NCBI GenBank assembly: GCA_963819635.1
Contig: CAWFWX010000008.1
Location: 26,595 to 90,594, forward strand
Origin: an uncultured Thermoleophilaceae bacterium
GTDB taxonomy: Bacteria > Actinomycetota > Thermoleophilia > Solirubrobacterales > Thermoleophilaceae
Direction of reading: 5' to 3'
Length of the DNA stretch: 64,000 bases
Both the position numbers and the translations under genes were made by a program. Numbering within the stretch: the stretch's first letter is position 1; each line of letters starts with the position of its first letter. Under the pieces are notes generated by a model. The model made no database searches. It had not been told where the DNA came from and saw nothing but the letters and a program-made list of their open reading frames with translations. Shown piece after piece: positions 1-11,022 of this stretch.

Positions 1-198
1 GTGCTCGCCTTGACCGGCCACCAGACGCGCCTGCCGGCGGACTGGCCGGGCGGCGACAGGCTCGCGGTGCACGCCACGAGCGACCTGTCGAGCATCGGCA
101 AGGCCGTGAGTCTCGGCTGCATGCGGTCGAAGCCGATGGAGGTCGCGTGGCTGATCAAGACCGTCCCGCTCGGCGCTCCGATATTCATCAAGGCCTGA
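1..198 (+). CDS. L,D-transpeptidase (YkuD-like) C-terminal fragment; 5' end lies outside the window
   Basis: ORF 1..198. The tail AVHATSDLSSIGKAVSLGCMRSKPMEVAWLIKTVPLGAPIFI resembles the YkuD catalytic block (H-x-T...S-x-GC-[IVM]-R...G-x-P-[IV]). Confidence 0.35.
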   Translation: MLALTGHQTRLPADWPGGDRLAVHATSDLSSIGKAVSLGCMRSKPMEVAWLIKTVPLGAPIFIKA

Positions 199-233
199 CC
201 TCACAGCACGCGCCTGCCCGCCGTTCAAAGGGC

Positions 234-712
234 ATGGATCTCCCGCCCTTTCAGTCGCTGCTCGACGCGCACCGCGGCGACGTCTACCGGTTCCTCGTCG
301 CGAGCGTCGGTCCCATCGACGCCGACGACTGCCTCCAGGAGACGTGGATCGCGGCGCTGCGCGCGTACCCGCGACTGAGGCGGACGGACAACCTGCGCGG
401 CTGGCTCCTGAAGATCGCCCAGAACAAGGCGGTCGATCAGCACCGGGCCCGCGCCCGCAGGCCGCTGCCCTCCGACTCGCTGCCGGAGACGGCCGCCGCC
501 CCGGCGGCGCCGGCCGCCGACGACGGCGAGCCGGCGCTCTGGGCGGCGGTCAGGCGGCTGCCGCCGAAGCAGCGAGCGGCGGTGTTCTGCCGCTCCGTGC
601 TCGGCATGCCGTACGCGCGAGCTCGCCGAGGTGCTCGACGGCTCGCGAGGACGCGGCGCGCAGGAACGTGCACGAAGGCCTGAAGGCCCTCAGAGAGGAA
701 TGGACACGATGA
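234..712 (+). pseudogene. ECF-type sigma-70 family sigma factor; reading frame broken about twice near 615-650 (real decay or indel error)
   Basis: ATG at 234. Region-2-like DDCLQETWIAALRAYPRL...NLRGWLLKIAQNKAVDQHR lies in ORF 147..683. The region-4 tail continues in other frames as ELAEVLDGS, then EDAARRNVHEGLKALREEW (ORF 344..712). Confidence 0.7.
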
Positions 713-1325
713 ACGACATCGAGAACAAGCTGCGCGAGGCGGCCGCGACCTGCCGCCCGCCCCGCCCGGCGACGCCGGGCTCGCCGAGCGCGCCGTAGCC
801 GAGGGCCTGCTGGACGTGGCCTACGCGACAGCGCGACTCGCCGCTCGGCCCGCTCACCGGTGGCCGCGACCGAGCGCGGTCTGGTGCGGCTCGCCTACCC
901 GGGCCTCGACGCGTCGACGAGGTGCTGCAGGAGCTCGCCCGCGGCGTGTCGCCGCGGGTACTCGAGGCGCCCGCCCGGCTCGACGAGGTGCGGCGCGAGC
1001 TGGACGAGTACTTCGAGGGCAAGCGCGAGCGCTTCGACATGCCGCTCGACTGGGCGCTGATCGCGAGGATTCGCCCGGCAAGGTGCTCCAGGCCACGGCG
1101 AGGATCGGCTCGGCCAGGTTCTCCACCTACAAGGAGATGGCCGAGCGCAGCGGGCAGCCCGCGCGCGGTTCAGCGCCGCCGGCGACGCCGCTCGGCTCGA
1201 ACCCGATCCCGGTCGTGGTCCCGTGCCACCGCGTGCTTCGCACCGGCGGCAAGCTCGGCGGCTACACCGGCGGGCTCGACAAGAAGGAGTACCTGCTGAC
1301 GCTCGAGGGCGTCCTCGCCGGATAA
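709..1325 (+). pseudogene. ogt: methylated-DNA-protein-cysteine methyltransferase (Ogt/MGMT) with N-terminal extension; at least five frame changes
   Basis: ATG 709 overlaps the sigma-factor stop (ATGA). Pieces in three frames: LDEVRRELDEYFEGKRERFDMPLDW, FSTYKEMAERSG, and the active site NPIPVVVPCHRVL..GGYTGGL (ORFs 860.., 922.., 816..1325). Confidence 0.75.
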
Positions 1326-1329
1326 GAGC

Positions 1330-2088
1330 GAACGCTGCGCACTCGGCCGAGCCAGCGCTTGCCAACGACAGCTGGCGGACCACGGCCTCGACCACGAGCT
1401 CGGCGAGCGGCCCGGCGGGCACGCCCGCGACGGAGCCGCTCGCCGTAGTCCACGGCTCGACCTCGCCGTCGCGGCTGACACGCGGGCCTCGATGTCGAGG
1501 GGTAGTCGGCCTCGGTCGCCTCCACGGGCAGGTTGCCGGCCGCCAGGTCGCCGAGCATCCCGCCGAGCGGTCCGCCGGCACGCGAGCCGAGGAACGCCGG
1601 CCACCTCGCGCGGCGGACGTCTCCGCGGTCATGCTCACGCGGTAGTCGCCGCTCGCCCTCGGCGCGGGCTCAGCTCGAAGGTCTCCACGTCGAGCGGGTC
1701 GGCCCGGACGTCCGTCAGGCGCGACGTCCACGCTGTCGAACCCGTCGAGCCGTTCGAGCACCCCGCTGCTCCTCCGTGACGTCGACGTCGAGGCCGCCAC
1801 CGCGCACGCGCAGCGAGTCGCCGTCGCCGCAGCAGCAGCCGCGCCGCCGGGAACGCGGACACTCGACACGTCCGCGGTGCCGTCGTTCTCCTCGATGCGG
1901 TCCTTGACCTTGCGCTCGGCGAGCGGCGGCACGACGAACTGGCACACCGCGAGCGCGAGCACGAGCAGCGTGCCGAGCACGATCGGGACCCATTGGCCAT
2001 CCCTGAAGTGTCGCGGACGGAGTTCGACCGTGTGTCGAATCCCGGCAGGCGATTTCCATACGTCCGGATAGTGGAGAAACCGCTGCAT
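1330..2088 (-). pseudogene. membrane-anchored DUF2993/LmeA-like protein, frameshifted; 3' end uncertain
   Basis: N-terminus in ORF 895..2088(-): WVPIVLGTLLVLALAVCQFVVPPLAERKVKDRIEENDG (TM helix followed by LAE..V). It continues in other minus frames (LDVDVTEEQ, DVRADPLDVETFEL, GNLPVEATEADYP, GVPAGPLAELVVEAVVRQL). Confidence 0.35.
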
Positions 2089-2144
2089 ATGGCAAACATG
2101 GCAGCGTATGAGGGGGAAGGCCGTCGAGCGCCACGCCCGCCGTC

Positions 2145-2979
2145 ATGGCCGTCGCCGCGCCGTTCGGCCGCGACGTCGAGCGCTGCCTGGACCGGCATCG
2201 AGCGCAGCGTCGCGCGCGCCCGCGCGCGAGGGGCCGCCTCGTCGTGCTGCCCGAGTCGGCGCTCGGCGGCTACCTCTACGAGCCGATCGTCGCCGGCGCG
2301 CCGGCGCCGTGCGCGCCGCCGCCGGCGCTGCGCCGCGACGGCGACGAGATCGCGCGCGATCGCGCGGCTCGCCGGCGACGTCGTCGTCTGCGTCGGCTAC
2401 ACCGAGGACGCGCCCGGCGGGCCGTACTCGAGCGCGGTCTGCGTCAGCGGCGACGGGATCCTCGGCCACCACCGCAAGGTCCACCTGCCCGCCGGCGAGC
2501 GCGGCGCGTTCGGCGCCGGCTCGGGCTTCGCCGCGTTCGACACGCCGATCGGCCGGATCGGGATGCTCGTCTGCTACGACAAGACCTTCCCCGAGTCCGC
2601 GCGCCAGCTCGCGCTCGACGGCGCCGGCCTCATCGCCTCGCTGTCGGCGTGGCCGGTGTGCCGCGTGCGACCCGGCGCTGCGATGCGCCGCGACCTGCAG
2701 GTGCGCCACTTCAACCTGCTCGACCAGACGCGCGCGCTCGAGAACCAGGTCGTGTGGGTCTCCTCGAACCAGGTCGGGCGCTTCGGGCGGCTGCGCTTCC
2801 CCGGCCAGTCGAAGGTCGTCGACCCGCGCGGCCGCGTGCTCGCGAAGACCGGCGCGCGCGCGGGCGCGGCGTCGCGCGCGTCGACGCGCCGGGCGTCGTC
2901 GCCGCGGCGCGCGAGCGCCTCTCCTACCTCGACGACCGCCGCCCGCACGCCGTACGCCGACGAGCGGCTGTCCGCCTGA
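2145..2979 (+). pseudogene. carbon-nitrogen hydrolase (nitrilase superfamily), at least three frame changes
   Basis: LVVLPESALGGY (Glu block) in ORF 2145.. and IGMLVCYDKTFPE (catalytic Cys block) with ENQVVWVSSNQVG in ORF 1993..2979. Confidence 0.7.
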
Positions 2980-4524
2980 TGTGCGGCATCGCCGCGATCT
3001 ACGGCGCACGACGCCGCCGGCGAGGCGACGGCGGATGCTCGGCCGGCTGCGCCATCGCGGGCCCGACGACGAGGGCGACGTCCACGTCGACGGCGCCTGG
3101 CTCGGGCACCGGCGGCTGTCGATCGTCGACGTCGACGGCGGCCACCAGCCGTTCGCCAACGCGACCGGCGACGTCTGGCTCGTCGGCAACGGCGAGGTCT
3201 ACAACCACGAGCAGGTGCGCGCCGACGCTCGCGCCGGCGCCGTTCGCGACGCGCTCGGACAACGAGGTCGCGCTGCACCTGCTCGACGAGCGCGGGCCCG
3301 GCGGCGCTCGACGAGCTCGAGGGGATGTTCGCGTTCCTCGTCGCCGGCGACGACGGGCGCTTCATCGCCGCCCGCGACCCCGTCGGGATCAAGCCGCTGT
3401 ACTGGGCGCAGCGCGACGGCAGCGTGCGCTTCGCGTCGGAGATCGCGGCGTTCGCGCCGGACTGGATGCCGCACGTCGAGGCCTTCCCGCCCGGCTGCCA
3501 CTGGACGCCCGGAGCGCGGCGTCGAGCGCTTCGCGAGCGCCGTGCCGCAGCCGGCGAGGGCGCGCCGGCGGCGCGTGCGGTGTGGAGCGACGCGCCGAGC
3601 CGCCCGACGACGGCGCTCGCGCGCGACGCGCGAGATCGTCGTCGCGTCGGTGCGCCGCCAGATGATGGGCGACGTCCCCGTCGGCGTCTTCCTGTCCGGC
3701 GGGCTGGACTCGGCGATCGTCGCCGCGATCGCCGCGCGCCACTGCGGCGCGAGCACGGCGAGCGGCTGCAGACGTTCGCCGTCGGCACGCGAGGGCAGCC
3801 CCGACCTGCTCGCCGCGCGCGTCGTCGCGCGAGCCACCTCGGCTCCGAGCACCACGAGCGCGTCTACGACGCCGCGCGAGGCGCGTGCGCGCGCTGCCGG
3901 CCGTCGTGCGCGCGATCGAGCACTTCGACCCGTCGCTCGTGCGCAGCGCGGTGCCGAACTTCCTGCTCGCCGAGATGACCGCGCAGCACGTCAAGGTCGT
4001 GCTGACGGGGGAGGGGGCCGACGAGCTGTTCGCCGGCTACGAGTACCTGCGCGGCTTCGACGACCCGGCGAGCTGCAGGCCGAGCTCATGCGCACCGTCC
4101 ACGGCCTGCACAACCTCAACCTCCAGCGCTGCGACCGCGTGACGATGGCCCACGGCCTCGAGGCGCGCGTGCCGTTCCTCGACCGCCAGGTCATCGCGTT
4201 CGCGTTCGGCCTGCCGATGGCGTGGAAGCCGCCGGCGCCCGGCGAGCCCGAGAAGCGGCTGCTGCGGCGCGCGTTCGACGGCTGGCTGCCCGACGAGATC
4301 CTGTGGCGCGAGAAGGCGCGAGTTCGGCGACGGCAGCGGCGCGAAGGACGTGCTGCGCGACGACGATCGAGGACGGCGTCTCCGACGGCGACTTCGAGCG
4401 CGAGCGCGACGCGATCGACCCGCCGCTGCGCACGCGCGAGGAGCTCGCCTACCACCGGATCTTCGCCGAGCACCTGCCCGGCGTGACGCCGGAGCGCACG
4501 CTCGGGCGCTTCGCGACGACGTAA
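2979..4524 (+). pseudogene. asnB: asparagine synthase (glutamine-hydrolysing), at least nine frame changes
   Basis: MCGI N-terminus (Ntn Cys2), LVGNGEVYNH, FLSGGLDSA PP-loop, LTGEGADELFAGY and EARVPFLD are distributed over all three plus frames (ORFs 2145.., 2108.., 3325.., 3885.., 4222..4524). The start overlaps the upstream stop (TGATG). Confidence 0.8.
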
Positions 4525-4656
4525 GTCGTCACACGCGGCGCGTAGATCCGTAACGCTGCGGAGCGCCACTCTCGGCGCCATGAGCGAACCACGCGGATTG
4601 GTTCCGGAAACCGAAACCAATGCGCAGTAGTTCGCCTCGCGGAGCGGCAATGGGGC

Positions 4657-5523
4657 GTGGTGAGCGGCGCTCAGCTTCGGAACGTCGGGCTCAGCAAGGC
4701 AGCGATATCGCGGTGGACCCAGGCCGGTCGGCTCCATCGGGTCCATCCGGGCGTCTACGCCGTAGGCCACCGGACGCTTCGCACGGAAGGCCGCCTGGCC
4801 GCCGCGCTCTTCTACGCCGGACCCGGCGCGGCGCTGAGCCACGCGACCGCTCTGTGGTGGTGGGCCCTGCGGAGAGGGACACCGCGGGTGATCCACCTCA
4901 GTGCCCCGGGTCGCGGCCAATCGATCGACGGGATCGTGGTTCACCACCCGCACAGCGTCGAACGCGTCTTCCACGAGCGCCTTCCGGTCACGCCCGTCGC
5001 CCGCACGCTCGTCGACTTCGCGGCCGGCGCGGCGTTCGACGACCTCCGCGCCGCCCTCGCCGAGGCCGACTTCCGCGGGCTGCTCGACGTCCGCGAGCTC
5101 GAGTCGGTCAGCGGACGCGGCCTCCCCGGCAGCGCCGCGATCCGCCGGGCGCTGCGAAGGCACCAGCCGCGCTTCGCCCACACCCGCCGCGAGCTCGAGA
5201 ACCAGCTCGTGATCCTGTGCGAGAACCACGGCCTCCCGATGCCGAACATCAACGTCTGGGTCGCGGGCTTCCTGATTGATGCCGTTTGGCCAAGACAACA
5301 ACTGGCCGTGGAGGTCGACGGCGGACCGGGCACACCGGAGTCAAGGCGATGGAGGAAGACCGCGACCGCGACCTCGCGCTCAGGCCCACGGCTACCGATC
5401 CTCCGCTACACCTGGCGCCAGGTCACGGAGCAGCCCGAGGCGGTCGCCGCCGACCTCACCCGGGCGCTCGAGCAAACCAACCTACAATCCGGGCTTCTCG
5501 CGGAGAGGTGGCCGAGTGGCTGA
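4657..5523 (+). pseudogene. DUF559 (Vsr-endonuclease-like fold) domain protein, about three frame changes; the annotated 3' tail reads through into tRNA-Ser
   Basis: N-terminus GAQLRNVGLSKAAISRWTQAGRLHRVHPGVYAVG and C-terminus AVEVDG...[33 protein letters not shown] are reconstructed from three frames. Confidence 0.6.
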
Positions 5524-5591
5524 AGGCACTCGCCTGCTAAGCGAGTAGGGGCGCAAGCTCTCTCGCGGGTTCGAATCCCGCCCTCTCCGCC
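5502..5591 (+). tRNA. tRNA-Ser (anticodon GCT)
   Basis: Acceptor GGAGAGG/CCTCTCC, anticodon stem-loop CTCGC-CTGCTAA-GCGAG, long variable arm, T arm GCGGG-TTCGAAT-CCCGC. Confidence 0.9.
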
Positions 5592-5593
5592 TC

Positions 5594-6016
5594 GTGGGAT
5601 TCCTGGACAAGCTGCTCCTCGGCGGCGGGAAGCTCAAGCCCGAGCTGCGCGAGGAGCTCGAGTCCGAGGGCCTCGTCCTGATCGAGGAGGGGCTCTCGGG
5701 GAGCGTGCGCTACACGCACTTCAAGGCGCCCGGCAAGCGCTTCCACGGCAAGGTGACGCCGCAGCGGATGGCGATCGGGATCAGCGAGGAGCGGTGCGTG
5801 GTGTACGGCCAGGCGCAGCTGATCGACTCGCCGTTCACGGCGCCGAACTTCGACTGGGTCGACGTCGGCCTCCACGACGACGAGAAGGTCTCGTTCCGGA
5901 TCGACTACGACCGCGGCGACGTGAAGAACGTCTCGGGCCAGGTCGAGGTCCGGGCGAAGACGCCGAACGCGGCGGAGATCGTCGAAGAGTTGCGGACGCG
6001 GCTCGGGCGCGCCTAG
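5594..6016 (+). CDS. hypothetical protein (140 aa), intact
   Basis: ORF 5594..6016 has balanced, non-shadow composition (MGFLDKLLLGGGKLKPELREELESEGLVLIEEG...). I recognise no family. Confidence 0.55.
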   Translation: MGFLDKLLLGGGKLKPELREELESEGLVLIEEGLSGSVRYTHFKAPGKRFHGKVTPQRMAIGISEERCVVYGQAQLIDSPFTAPNFDWVDVGLHDDEKVSFRIDYDRGDVKNVSGQVEVRAKTPNAAEIVEELRTRLGRA

Positions 6017-6563
6017 GCGCCGGCCGCCTGCTTCTTGCGCCACTCGGCCTTGTGGGCGCGCTTGGCGGCCTGGTACTCCGCCAGCGCCTCGGCCGAGTCG
6101 ACGTCCCCGAGCGTCGGGTGCCACGGCACCAGGTCCTGGGCGACCTCGACGCCGAAGCGCTTCGCGAGCACCGAGCCGAGCGCCTTGACCTTCATCTCGC
6201 CGAAGCCGGGGAGGCCCTCGAGGTTCGCGCGCAGCTCGGCCGAGTCGGCCGCTCGGTCCACACGCGCGCGGCGTCGCCGTCGTAGTCGTCGACCACGTGG
6301 ACGGCGAGGTCGTGGACCTTCTTCGCCATCGAGCCCGGGAAGCGGTGGACGGCGGGCGCTCGCGGAAGACGGCTCGAGGTCCGCACCGGCGAGCGTCTGG
6401 CGTCGATCGCGCCGAGCCGCTCCTTGATCGCGAGCGGTCCGGAGAACGCCTTCTGCACCGTCACCTGCTGGTCGAGCGCGAAGCCCACGAGCAGCGCCAT
6501 CGGATCCGAGGCGATCAGCGCGTTGGCCTCGTCGGACTCCGTGAAGTAGAGGCGATCGGGCAT
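6013..6563 (-). pseudogene. HhH-GPD-type base-excision DNA repair family protein, about two frame changes
   Basis: MPDRLYFTESDEANALIASDPMALLVGFALDQQVTVQKAF... (ORF 6192..7232 tail), then ...AADSAELRANLEGLPGFGEMKVKALGSVLAKRFGV (ORF 6013..6261). ATG at 6563. Confidence 0.6.
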
Positions 6564-6641
6564 CGAGCCGATCGTAGTCGATTGCTCCGGGTCACCCGAC
6601 TGCTTCGCGACGGTCCCCCAAATCGGGTCTAGCGTGGCTGA

Positions 6642-9398
6642 GTGAGGGGGCATTCGCGCGCGGGTACGGTCGCAGTTTTCGTGCTGGCCGTCCTGCTGCT
6701 GCCGGCCGCCCCGGCGATGGCCGTCGACTTCACCGTCAGCGTCGCGGCGGACACCCATGACGCCGTCCCCGGCGACGGGTTGTGTGAGGACGTCAACACG
6801 GACTGCAGCCTGAGGGCGGCCGTCGAGGAGTCGAATGCCCTGTCGGGGTCCGACGACGCCATCGACCTGCCGACGGGTGACTACCTCCTCGATGGCAGCC
6901 TCGGCGCGCTGTTCATCGGCTCCGGCGGTGCGCTGGACATCAACGGCGCGTCCGCGCGCGACACCACGATCCGCCAGGAGACCGACGCGGGCGGCGACGG
7001 CCTCGATCGGGTGTTCGACGTCGGCGGCGCGGCCACGGCCGCCATCCGGCACGGTGACGATTGCCGACGGTCGCGCCACGGACGCTGTCGGGTTCTTCGG
7101 CGGCAACATCAGGAGCTCCGGGAACCTGACGCTCGAGCAGGTCACGATCAGGGGTGGCTGGGCGTCCTCGGGCGGCGGCATCTCCAACGCCGGCGGCTTT
7201 CTGCGGATCGTGGACAGCACGATCACGGACAACCACGCCCCTGACGGCGGCGGCGACTCCGGCGCGATCCAGAACTTCGAGCCGGACGGGGATCCGGCGG
7301 AGCCCTCCCACGCTGGAGATCGAGAACAGCACGATCACCGGCAACAGCGCCCGCAACGTGGGCGGGATCTTCAACTGGGGCGGGTCAGGCGCGACCGGCG
7401 GCACCGTGACCATCAGCGACAGCACGATCACGGACAACAGCTCCACGGTGGTCGGCAATGCCGGCGGTCTGCACATGAGCAGCAACGGACCCGCGACGGT
7501 CGACGCGGACGATCGTCTGGGGCAACGTACTCCGCGGGCACGCCCCAGGACTGCTCCAGTGACGGCGGCGGGTCGATCGTGTCCGGCGGCAACAACCTCG
7601 AGACGACCACCGAGTGCGGCTTCACCGGCACCGGCGACCTCCAGAACGCCAGACGACCGCTGCTCGCGCCGCTCGCAGACAACGGCGGCGAAACCGACAC
7701 GCACGCCATCCCCGAGGGCAGCCCGGCGCGCGACGCCGCCGGCGGCGTCTGCGCGGCCACGGACCAGCGCGGGATCTCGAGGCCGCAGGGAGCGGCATGC
7801 GACATCGGCTCCTTCGAGCTCGAACTGGCCGCCTTCGCCACGATCACCTCGACGGGGCCGCTCACGAGCATCAGTCTCGGCAGAAACCTCGAGTGCCAGG
7901 TTGAGCTGGCCGGGGTGCCCCAGATCTTCGACGGCGGCCCGCTCGGATCGTGCACGACCGGCCTGGTCGGAGTCGACCTCGCGCAGGTGAGCCAGACGGT
8001 CGTCGAGGGCAGCGGGACACCCGGCAGCCCGTACATGGTCGTCACGCAGATGTCCAATGGCTCGGGGATCACGCTGGAGCGCACCGACACCTACGTGACC
8101 GGCGAGCGCTTCTGGCAGTCGCAGGTGAGGGTGAGCAACGGATCGAGCACCGATTTCAGCGGCGTCCTCTGGCACGGGCTCGACTGCCTCGTGGCCGGCA
8201 ACGACGCGGGCTACGGGTTCTTCGCCGCCGCCACCGGAGCGGTCTACTGCGCCGAGCACCAGGCCGGCGGGGACATCATGCTCGGCCTGGAGCCGATCAG
8301 CGGCGGCTCGAACTATCACTCCGGCGACTTCGGCATCGCCACCAACCCCGGGCCAAGCGGCTTCGGAAACACCTGCTCCGGCGACCTCATCGACAACGGC
8401 GTCGGTCTCAGCTGGCCGGTCAGCGTTCCGGCCGAAACCAACGTCACGCGGAGCTTCGTGACCACCTTCGAGGCGGGCGGCGCGCTCTGCGGAGCGTCCG
8501 ATACGACCGCCCCCGACGCCGCGATCAGCCTGGCGCCCGCGGCCTCGACGCCGTCGCGCGACGCCACGTTCGGCTTCGGCTCCTCCGACCCGACCGCCAC
8601 GTTCGAGTGCAGCCTCGACGGTGGGGCGTTCGCGGCCTGCACGTCGCCGACGTCCTACACCGGCCTTTCGGAGGGCCCCCACAGCTTCGTGGTGCGGGCA
8701 ATCGATGGCGCCGGCAACGAGTCCACCGCCAGCCACAGCTGGACGATCGCCGCTCAGGCGCAGCGCAAGACCCTTGCGGACCTGCCCCCGCCGGTTGTGG
8801 GCAAGATGGCGAACGTCGAGCCCGTCAAGGGGACCGTGCTGGTGGCGATCCCGGCCGGCAAGGCCTCCGCGGGCGGCGCGGCGCGGGCTAGCCAGAAGGG
8901 GCTGCGGTTCGTGCCGCTTGAGCGAGGCGCGCCAGATCCCGGTCGGCTCGTTCCTGAACACCCGCAAGGGCACGGTCCGGCTCAGACGGCGCGCACCGGC
9001 AGCGCGGCGACGACCCAGAGCGGCACGTTCGCCAGCGGGCTGTTCCAGGTGCTGCAGTCGCGCAAGCGAAGGCCAAGGGCCTGACCGAGCTGCGGCTGAA
9101 GGGCGCCAGCTTCAACAGCTGCAAGCCGCGCAAGCGCAAGCAGGGCAAGCGCGCCCAGGCCGCCCTGTCGCAAGAAGGCGATCCGGCGCCTGCGCTCGAA
9201 CGCCAACGGGCGCTTCCGCACCCGCGGCCGCTACAGCGCCGCCACCGTGCGCGGCACCAAGTGGACTGACCGATCGACCGCTGCGACGGCACCCTCACCA
9301 AGGTCACCCGCGGCACGCGTCGCCGTGCGCGACTTCCGCCGCAAGAAGACCGTCCTCGTCGCGCCGGCAAGAGCTACCTCGCCAAGGCACAGCGCTAG
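6642..9398 (+). pseudogene. large secreted right-handed beta-helix protein (choice-of-anchor-Q-like N-terminus, Ig-like module, basic C-terminal module); at least six frame changes, 3' end inferred
   Basis: Signal peptide VAVFVLAVLLLPAAPAMA. CSLRAAVEESN motif. Repeated ST/SN-ITDN/ITGN beta-helix turns. TFECSLDGGAFAACTSPTSYTGLSEGPHSFVVRAIDGAGNES module. Tail rebuilt from frames 6835.., 8621.., 9247.., with stop TAG at 9396-9398. Confidence 0.6.
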
Positions 9399-9441
9399 CG
9401 CTCCGATCTGCCGCAGGCGAGCGGCTACCCTAGACCTCCGA

Positions 9442-9517
<76 letters not shown>

Positions 9518-9551
9518 TTCGAATCCCAGTGCTGTAGGGGATTTCCGGCCG

Positions 9552-10751
9552 GTGGCGAACGCCGCAGGGTGGCAACAGCGGGGGCAACGGGGCAACAGTG
9601 AGGTGTTGCCCCTCGAGCGGACCGATGCGCCGGGCATCTACCGGCGTGGTTCGAAGTACGTGGTGGTCTACCGCGTCGAGGGTCGTCAGCGCAAGCAGTA
9701 CGGCCGACACGCTGGCCGAGGCTCGCGCGATCAAGCTCGAGCGCGACGGCGAGGCGCGGGCGCTGCGCCGCGGCCCGACGCTGCACGAGTTCAGCCTCTC
9801 GTGGCTTGATCGCTACGCCGGCACCGGGCACGACAGCGTGCGCGCCAACACGCGCCGCGAGTACCGTCGCCTGCTGGTCAACTTCGCGCTGACCTACTTC
9901 GACCGCGAGGTCCGGGTGCGCGATCTCGATCGCGCCGCTGTGCAGCAGTTCGTGGACTGGCTGACGACCCGCCCGGGCCGCGACGGGCGGCTGTGTGACC
10001 GCTCGATCGCCAACGCGCTCACGCCGCTGCGCCTGGCGCTTGACGCGGCGGTCGCCGAAGGGCTGCTGGATGCCAACCCGGCCGAGCAGGTCGTGCTGCC
10101 GCGGCGGCGGGCCGGTCGCGCGTGGTCGACGCGCGAGCGGCGCTTTCTGACGCGGGCGGAGCTCGTGCGTCTGCTCGACGAGGTACCGGCCAAGTGGCGG
10201 CCGCTGTTCGAGCTGCTCGCCGCGACCGGGCTGCGGATCTCCGAGGCGATCGGGCTGCGCTGGAGCGATCTCGTCCTCGACGGGCCGACGCCGCATCTGC
10301 AGGTGCGCCGCGCGATCGTCAAGGGCGCGATCGTGGCGCCCAAGTCTCGCCACGGCGCCCGGCTGATCCCGCTGACGCCCGAGCTCGCTGCCACGCTGCG
10401 CGCTCATCGGCCTCGCGATGCCGTCGACGACGCGTTCGTCTTTCCCGGTCGCGACGGCGGTGCGTCGATCAGGGCAGCCTGCGCCGCCGCGTGCTCGTCC
10501 CCGCCGCCGAGCGCGCCGGACTGACCGGTGTCGGCTTTCACACCCTGCGTCACACGTGCGCGTCGATGCTGATCGAGTCCGGTCTGAGCCCGCTGCGCCT
10601 GCAGCGCTGGATGGGCCACCACTCGCCCGCGTTCACGCTCGAGACCTACGGGCACCTGATCGACGGCGACCTCGGACCCGCACTCGACCTCCGCAAGGAG
10701 CTGGCATCGGCCGAGCGAAAGTCCACCCCGCGCAACGTGAGGGGCAAATGA
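9552..10751 (+). pseudogene. tyrosine-type site-specific integrase, about two frame changes (alternative start GTG 9603)
   Basis: ATGLRISEAIGLRWSDL (box I Arg), GFHTLRHTCASML (H-x-x-R) and GHHSPAFTLETYGHL (catalytic Tyr), assembled from ORFs 9552.., 9598..10524 and 10122..10751. Confidence 0.85.
9571..9610 (+). promoter_or_regulatory. cluster of GGCAAC repeats (three direct, one inverted) next to attL; candidate integrase arm-type sites
   Basis: GGCAACAGCGGGGGCAACGGGGCAACAGTGAGGTGTTGCC. A related GCAACG core is repeated near attR (19081-19103). Confidence 0.25.
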
Positions 10752-11022
10752 TCCTAGTCCCGTCACGCCCGGCGTGGCAGGCTCGACACCTCGACCGCTT
10801 TCAGCCAACAGCGAGAGCGGCAACAACCTAAGGGTCACGAGCGGATGTCGTCCTTGCTGTAGCCCCGGCGCCTCCGCGGAGACGCCTCCTTTCATGGGAA
10901 TCCAACACTCTGGGAGCCGCGCGCTCGCGCCGCCGGCCGAGTGTCGCAACCACGCGAGAGCGCAAGCGCGGCACCCGGCGTCGAGAGTTCCGTCTCCACA
11001 GATGGCATAGGTTCGTGGCGCG

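Noticed and set aside
5478-5523. 3' tail of ORF 4657..5523 overlapping tRNA-Ser
   Set aside because: It is most likely read-through caused by the upstream frame changes. The true DUF559 stop probably lies before the tRNA.
10774-11010. 78-aa ORF downstream of the integrase as an excisionase
   Set aside because: The translation (MAGSTPRPLSANSESGNNLRVTSGCRPCC...) has no HTH or Xis-like features, and its composition looks non-coding.
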